From Candidatus Chisholmbacteria bacterium (lineage in GTDB: Bacteria; Patescibacteriota; Microgenomatia; UBA1400; Chisholmbacteraceae): a DNA stretch of 64,000 nucleotides. Below, in pieces: positions 59,370 through 64,000 of this stretch; position 1 is the first letter of the stretch, and the number at the start of each line of letters is the position of its first letter. The DNA lies in the NCBI GenBank assembly GCA_963704905.1, contig CAVPHZ010000001.1, positions 323,438-387,437 on the forward strand, given 5' to 3'. The notes below the pieces were generated by a model. It was not told the origin of the DNA. It ran no database searches and saw only the letters and a program-made list of their open reading frames with translations. The position numbers and the translations under genes were made by a program.

Positions 59370-60346
59370 AAGCGACAGCTTGGGCACCAGTAAATGTTGC
59401 ACTGATCAAGTATTGGGGAAAAGATGACCTACGGTTTCGTTTACCCTCAAACTCTAGTTTTTCCGTTTGCCTTAAGAGGCTAGGGACGCTGACAACTGTA
59501 GAATTCTCGCAAGATTTTATTAAGGATAAGGTAGGTATTGATGGATCTATCGCTGAAGAACGTGATCTCGATAGAGTTGTAGGACATGTTGATCATATGC
59601 GTAAGTTGAGAGGTGTTCAGTATCCCGTTCAAATTGAGTCGAAGAATAATTTTCCTATGAGTGTTGGTTTGTCTTCTTCAGCCTCGGGGTTTGCTGCGTT
59701 GAGCAAGGCAACTGATTCTGCTCTGGAATTGGGATTATCACCTCGCCAGTTATCTCGTATTGCACGCATGGGTTCGGGATCAGCTAGCAGAAGTGTTCCT
59801 GATGGTTGGGTTGAGTGGCGAGCTGGAACTTCTGATGTTTCTTCATATTCTGAGTCAATTTTTCCTGCCGATCATTGGGATTTACGTGTTTTGGTTATAT
59901 TACTCAGTCAAGATGAAAAACGGGTGAGTTCTACTGATGGACATGCAGCTGCTCAAACGAGTCCTTTTTTTAAAGTTAGAAAACGGGAGATTCGCAAGAA
60001 ATTGGTAAACATGAAGACGTTTGTTCAGGAGAGAAATTTTTCTCTATTTGGTGAGCTTTTGGAGGATGAAGCTCTGAACATGCATGCGGTGATGCTGACG
60101 AGTAAACCAAATTTAATTTATTGGTTGCCTGAGACAGTAAGAGTTATGCAAGCAATACAAGATTGGCGAGCTCAAGGTTTAGAGAGTTACTTTACGATTA
60201 ACACAGGGCAGAATGTGTTTGTGTTTTGTAAACCTAAAGATGAGAACCGATTAGTTAGAAAATTATCAAGGCTTGAAGGAGTAATTGAGATAAGGAGAGA
60301 TAGCATTGGGCGCGGGGCGAAAATTATAAAGAAGCATTTGTTTTAG
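59366..60346 (+). CDS. mvaD: (Di)phosphomevalonate decarboxylase-family protein with atypical catalytic motif
   Basis: NVALIKYWGK, GLSSSASG and GSGSASRS motifs; the DAGPN position reads NTGQN. Confidence 0.85.
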   Translation: MKATAWAPVNVALIKYWGKDDLRFRLPSNSSFSVCLKRLGTLTTVEFSQDFIKDKVGIDGSIAEERDLDRVVGHVDHMRKLRGVQYPVQIESKNNFPMSVGLSSSASGFAALSKATDSALELGLSPRQLSRIARMGSGSASRSVPDGWVEWRAGTSDVSSYSESIFPADHWDLRVLVILLSQDEKRVSSTDGHAAAQTSPFFKVRKREIRKKLVNMKTFVQERNFSLFGELLEDEALNMHAVMLTSKPNLIYWLPETVRVMQAIQDWRAQGLESYFTINTGQNVFVFCKPKDENRLVRKLSRLEGVIEIRRDSIGRGAKIIKKHLF

Positions 60347-60352
60347 AGCACT

Positions 60353-61066
60353 ATGACAATTGAAACTGAGAATTTACCCAAGCATATCGCAATCATCATG
60401 GACGGTAATCGGCGATGGGCGAGGAACAAGGGATTGCCGGCCGTGGCAGGACATGATTATGTGGCGGAAAAACTACTTGAACCTTTGGTTGACCGGTGCA
60501 TTGAGCTGGGAATACCGTTTATAACGTTCTGGGCATTTTCAACCGAGAATTGGCAGAGAAATCAGCGAGAAGTTAAAGGGATGATGCGGATATTCCGTAA
60601 AGGGTTAAAGCGGAATGCACGGCGGTTATTTGAGAAGGGTGCGCGGCTTACCATCATCGGAGATATTGAAAAGTTTCCAGAAGATATTTCCTTGCAAACG
60701 AAAGAGTGGGTTGAGAAGAGCAGAGAGAATAAGAATATTACCGTGAGTTTCGCTTTGAATTATGGTGGAAGAGATGAACTGCTTCGTGCTATTGCAAAGA
60801 TTGAAGCAGCAATTATTACTAATAAATTTTCAATTTCTAAATTGAATGAAAAAACGTTTGCTCAATACTTGGATACAGAGGGGATACCGGATCCTGACTT
60901 AATCATTCGCACCGGAGGAGAACAGCGACTTTCAGGGTTTATGAGCTGGCAGAGTGCTTATAGTGAGCTTTATTTTACTCAGACACTTATGCCTGACTTT
61001 GACGCGGAATGTCTTAGTGAAGCGGTTCAGTGGTATCAGCAGAGGAACCGACGGTTTGGCAGATAA
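60353..61066 (+). CDS. uppS: Undecaprenyl diphosphate synthase
   Basis: HIAIIMDGNRRWA, AFSTENW, NYGGRDE, DLIIRTGGEQRLSGF and RRFG motifs. Confidence 0.97.
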   Translation: MTIETENLPKHIAIIMDGNRRWARNKGLPAVAGHDYVAEKLLEPLVDRCIELGIPFITFWAFSTENWQRNQREVKGMMRIFRKGLKRNARRLFEKGARLTIIGDIEKFPEDISLQTKEWVEKSRENKNITVSFALNYGGRDELLRAIAKIEAAIITNKFSISKLNEKTFAQYLDTEGIPDPDLIIRTGGEQRLSGFMSWQSAYSELYFTQTLMPDFDAECLSEAVQWYQQRNRRFGR

Positions 61067-61072
61067 TTGTGA

Positions 61073-61435
61073 TTATGGTGTGAATTGAAATCCAATTAAT
61101 ACTTCGACGAGTCTCCAAATCCAGAACGCAGCGAATATCAATATAAAGCCAACGAGCGATGCGGTGAGTCGTTTCTTCCCTTTTTCTAATCCTTCTGGAT
61201 TTCCTGCAGACATGAGGAGCTGATAACCAGAGACAATAATCATGAAGATCAGTATTACCCCAGCGATTGCAAATGCGTAGGTAGTGAGTCCTATTCCACT
61301 GCCGCTTCCGGTCAGTATTGTGCCTAGATTTGTAAGATCTCCGGTTCCGCTTCCGTACTCTGTGCCTCCAGGAGGTGAGGAACAGTACCAGCCACCTCCC
61401 CAGGGATAACAATAGGCTTGTGCAAGCAATTCCAT
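61073..61435 (-). CDS. VirB2-like T4SS pilin
   Basis: SGYQLLMSAGNPEGLEKGKKRLTASLVG. Confidence 0.85.
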   Translation of the reverse strand: MELLAQAYCYPWGGGWYCSSPPGGTEYGSGTGDLTNLGTILTGSGSGIGLTTYAFAIAGVILIFMIIVSGYQLLMSAGNPEGLEKGKKRLTASLVGFILIFAAFWIWRLVEVLIGFQFTP

Positions 61436-61444
61436 TATTTGGTT

Positions 61445-62215
61445 TTAAATAAATAAGTCTAGAAACTCTCTTGTAATGAGGTTGAGTATTAACCAGGCAA
61501 AAATCATTATAATCACACCGGTGATACCACGACTAAATACTTCTCTGCCGCGTTTAATCTGCTCGACATCACCCCGTGAAGTAAGCACGAAAAACGCACC
61601 TATCACCATGGTCAACAAGGCAACCCCTCCGATTGCTCCGACGAATAATCTTCGTACCCCAGCCAGGAAGTACAGCGGATGGGTGGGAAAGCATCCTAGA
61701 GCGGTGTCTAGGGGTGGATGATCAGTACAAAAGTCAGCCGTGAAATTAGAAGGCTGCCATGGAAGAGGGCAACTACACTCAGTTGGTTGCATTGGCTGTT
61801 CACAGCTGTTTCCGTTGTCGGTGTCAATGGTACAGCCCGCGTCTTCTGAGAGGTTGAGAGAAGAAAGTGAACACCAGGTTAATCCGATGGCGGTTCTCAG
61901 TCTTACCTTCAGAGATAAATTTTTATCCTGACATGATGGAATGACATGGTAGGTGGAGCAGGTGTACCAGAAGCCTGCTCCATCCTGAGCAGTGGCGTCG
62001 GTGCTGAAAGAGTGCCAGTTGTCGCAACTTCCTTCTCCCGAAGTATGGAGGCCATGTACTTGAAGCTCTTCCTCGGTTTCAAACTCACCTGCACAGAGAT
62101 CAAAACTCGATGAGGTGATGTTGAACGCTTCACAACGGGCTGCATAGATATTTTTTGTCGAAAATACGGTGGCAACTATCAGTATAAATAGGGTAATAGC
62201 GAATTTTCTTTTCAT
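61445..62215 (-). CDS. Pilin fused to N-terminal Cys-rich extracellular domain
   Basis: Signal peptide ending IYA, Cys-rich region, DTALGCFPTHP linker, then GAFFVLTSRGDVEQIKRGREVF pilin core; probable start ATG 62215. Confidence 0.82.
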   Translation of the reverse strand: MKRKFAITLFILIVATVFSTKNIYAARCEAFNITSSSFDLCAGEFETEEELQVHGLHTSGEGSCDNWHSFSTDATAQDGAGFWYTCSTYHVIPSCQDKNLSLKVRLRTAIGLTWCSLSSLNLSEDAGCTIDTDNGNSCEQPMQPTECSCPLPWQPSNFTADFCTDHPPLDTALGCFPTHPLYFLAGVRRLFVGAIGGVALLTMVIGAFFVLTSRGDVEQIKRGREVFSRGITGVIIMIFAWLILNLITREFLDLFI

Positions 62216-62243
62216 ATTTCTTTTAACCATTGCATGCAAACGG

Positions 62244-62261
62244 TGGTGATAATTATCACCA
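62244..62261. promoter_or_regulatory. Perfect 18-bp palindrome, candidate operator
   Basis: TGGTGATAATTATCACCA abuts a - strand TAGAAT (62266-62261) upstream of the 62215 gene. Confidence 0.5.
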
Positions 62262-62421
62262 TTCTAGCGGATTTATTTAAGGCATGTATCTATGAGTGTA
62301 ACAAAGCACGTTTACCTCCAGCAACTTAACGATTCCAGCGATTATCAAAAGATAAATAAACTTCGGCGAAGATCCAGATGATTTGTGGTAATGAAAAGGT
62401 TTTAACTCCCCATTCTTGTTC

Positions 62422-62757
62422 TCAGCTGGTGAACTGGTAGTAGCCGATGAGGACTTGGATGAGTTGAAAAATCCAGAATGCGGCAAATATGAGAATGAAA
62501 CCTACGAGCGAGGCAGTTAAGCGTTTTTTTCCAGTCTCTATCCCTTCTGGATTTCCTACAGAGGTGAGGAGTTGATAGCCAGAAGCAATGATCATGAGCA
62601 GTAAAATAAGGCCAGCGACTGCAAGGATATACGGCATGAGACTGCCAATCATTGCGCCTAGGCTGGAAAGATTCCCTATACTAAAACCATAACTTTGCGG
62701 ATTTGGGACGACCCGCCAGCTCCCAGCCCACGGTATTTGTAAATACATAAAAATCAT
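62422..62757 (-). CDS. VirB2-like T4SS pilin (paralog of 61073-61435)
   Basis: SGYQLLTSVGNPEGIETGKKRLTASLVGFILIFAAFWI; probable start ATG 62757. Confidence 0.82.
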   Translation of the reverse strand: MIFMYLQIPWAGSWRVVPNPQSYGFSIGNLSSLGAMIGSLMPYILAVAGLILLLMIIASGYQLLTSVGNPEGIETGKKRLTASLVGFILIFAAFWIFQLIQVLIGYYQFTS

Positions 62758-62776
62758 CTTCTTACCCCTCCGATTG

Positions 62777-63500
62777 TTACTGCAGTATATTGAGCACGTC
62801 AACCCCAATCAATTCGAGCAGGAAGGTTGAGAAAATCAAAAACAATAAGCCAACTATTCCACCGGTCATGATCTCCTTTCCCCGCTTCATTCTTTCAGGC
62901 TGGCCCTGAGAAGTGAGCGTAAAGAAGGCGCCGATTATCATGATGAGAAGGGCGAGTCCTCCGCCTAATGCCAAGCAAGATGCCTCTGAAGGTGTTGAGA
63001 AATGAAATGGGGTGGGTGGGAATGCAGCCAACGGCGGTGTCAATGCTTGGATATTCGGTGATATAGGCAATACAATCATCGTATCCAGGTCCGGGGAGGC
63101 ACGTGTCGCATTCGGTGGGCAGGAAGGAGTCTACGCAGGTAGGGGAGGAGCTGAGGGGTCGACACAGCAGTCACTCCAAAATCCGCACCCACCATCGCCA
63201 TCGAAATTGCAGCGGAGCTGAGCAGGCTGGGGTAAACCACTCACAGGTGCCCGCAATGCCAGTACTTTCCCCAATGCACGCACCACCGGCGAGCGGTTCA
63301 CATTCGCAGGCTCTCAGATTGCAGGCAACTGATAGCGGAGCACACGCTACTGTGGGATCGGTGTCTGGGGGACAATTGCATAAACAACTGCCTGAATAAA
63401 ACTGGCAGACTCCGGGAACAGCAAATGTGTCTTTCGGCAACACTGCTGTGAATATTAGAAGCGTAAAGAGTATGAAAATCGAGGAAAGGTACTTTCTCAT
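62777..63500 (-). pseudogene. Frameshifted Cys-rich-domain pilin (paralog of 61445-62215)
   Basis: Signal peptide and Cys-rich N-terminus (ORF 63171-63500), IDTAVGCIPTHP in the same frame after a TGA, and the pilin core GAFFTLTSQGQPERMKRGKE in another frame (ORF 62777-63079). Confidence 0.7.
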
Positions 63501-63600
63501 TTAAGTTGAGTTTATCAGAAGGAGGTTCGTTGAGGCAACTCAATTCTTTCAGGAGGCTTGCATGTGTCGAAAATGTAGGAGAAGGTATAATGAGGGAGAG

Positions 63601-64000
63601 ATGGGAAGATTCAATTTTCGAGTTACACTTTTCAAGTTTGCGCTGATTAAGAAGTCGGCTTTGGTTTTTTGCCTGTTGCTTCTGCTGATCATTCCAGGAA
63701 GTTCGCCCATCTCTGCGGATGAGCTGATGGATATCCAGAAGCAGCTGGAAGATATAACGCGGGCGAGAGAATTGTCGGTGGCGGCGACGACACCACTTGA
63801 AGCGGAGGTGGATCGGCTGGAAGGGCAGATTACCAGTATCAGCAGACAGATTTCTGCTTATGAGCTCAAGCTGACCCAGCTTGAAGACGATATCTCCGTG
63901 CGGGAAGATGACTTGGCAATTCAGTTTGCTCTGCTGTCAGCACGGATACGCAGTTATTACAAACGGACGAAGCACCTCTCACCATTTCTTACTTTTTTCT
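63601..64000 (+). CDS. Secreted coiled-coil protein (PcsB/CwlO-like N-terminus), partial
   Basis: Manual translation MGRFNF...LVFCLLLLLIIP...ADELMDIQKQLE...LSARIRSYYK; runs off the window end. Confidence 0.7.
   Translation, partial: MGRFNFRVTLFKFALIKKSALVFCLLLLLIIPGSSPISADELMDIQKQLEDITRARELSVAATTPLEAEVDRLEGQITSISRQISAYELKLTQLEDDISVREDDLAIQFALLSARIRSYYKRTKHLSPFLTFF

Noticed and set aside
62277-62420. Short hydrophobic ORF tail resembling a pilin C-terminus
   Set aside because: Lacks the pilin core motif and a credible start.
63171-63173. In-frame TGA as evidence of recoding (code 25) or selenocysteine
   Set aside because: TGA ends several normal genes here (e.g. lemA, pip, HMGR), and compensating frameshifts explain the local sequence better.
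61073-63500. Diversity-generating retroelement acting on pilins
   Set aside because: No reverse transcriptase in the window, and paralog differences are not adenine-specific near-identical repeats.

Overview
64-kb chromosomal segment of a Patescibacteria/CPR bacterium, most like Microgenomates (inferred from gene content and style). It uses the standard genetic code and spans the replication origin. Left arm (mostly - strand): pyrH, lemA/TPM, pip, groES/groEL with a CIRCE-like operator, an orphan sugar-binding protein, VanW, tsaD, valS behind a T-box riboswitch, rplY, a DUF4012 protein, and rnhA-flippase-O-antigen ligase joined to the jag-yidC-yidD-rnpA-rpmH operon. Centre: dnaA-oriC-dnaN. 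Right arm: a conjugation-type T4SS-like locus with VirB4, PrgI, VirB6-like, an M23 peptidase fusion, a cryptic lytic-transglycosylase-like protein and 11 VirB2-like pilin genes in two arrays. No relaxase or coupling protein is visible. Two + strand blocks interrupt this locus: an Xis-like HTH gene with a 1283-aa orphan, and an ECF sigma module followed by a 9-gene mevalonate-to-undecaprenyl-PP operon. The best leads are in that operon. Its upper half is archaeal-type with a DUF35 protein that lacks the zinc ribbon, and its decarboxylase has the catalytic DAGPN motif replaced by NTGQN. The duplicated pilin pairs with variable N-termini are a second lead. All calls come from reading the sequence and recalling motifs; no searches were run.
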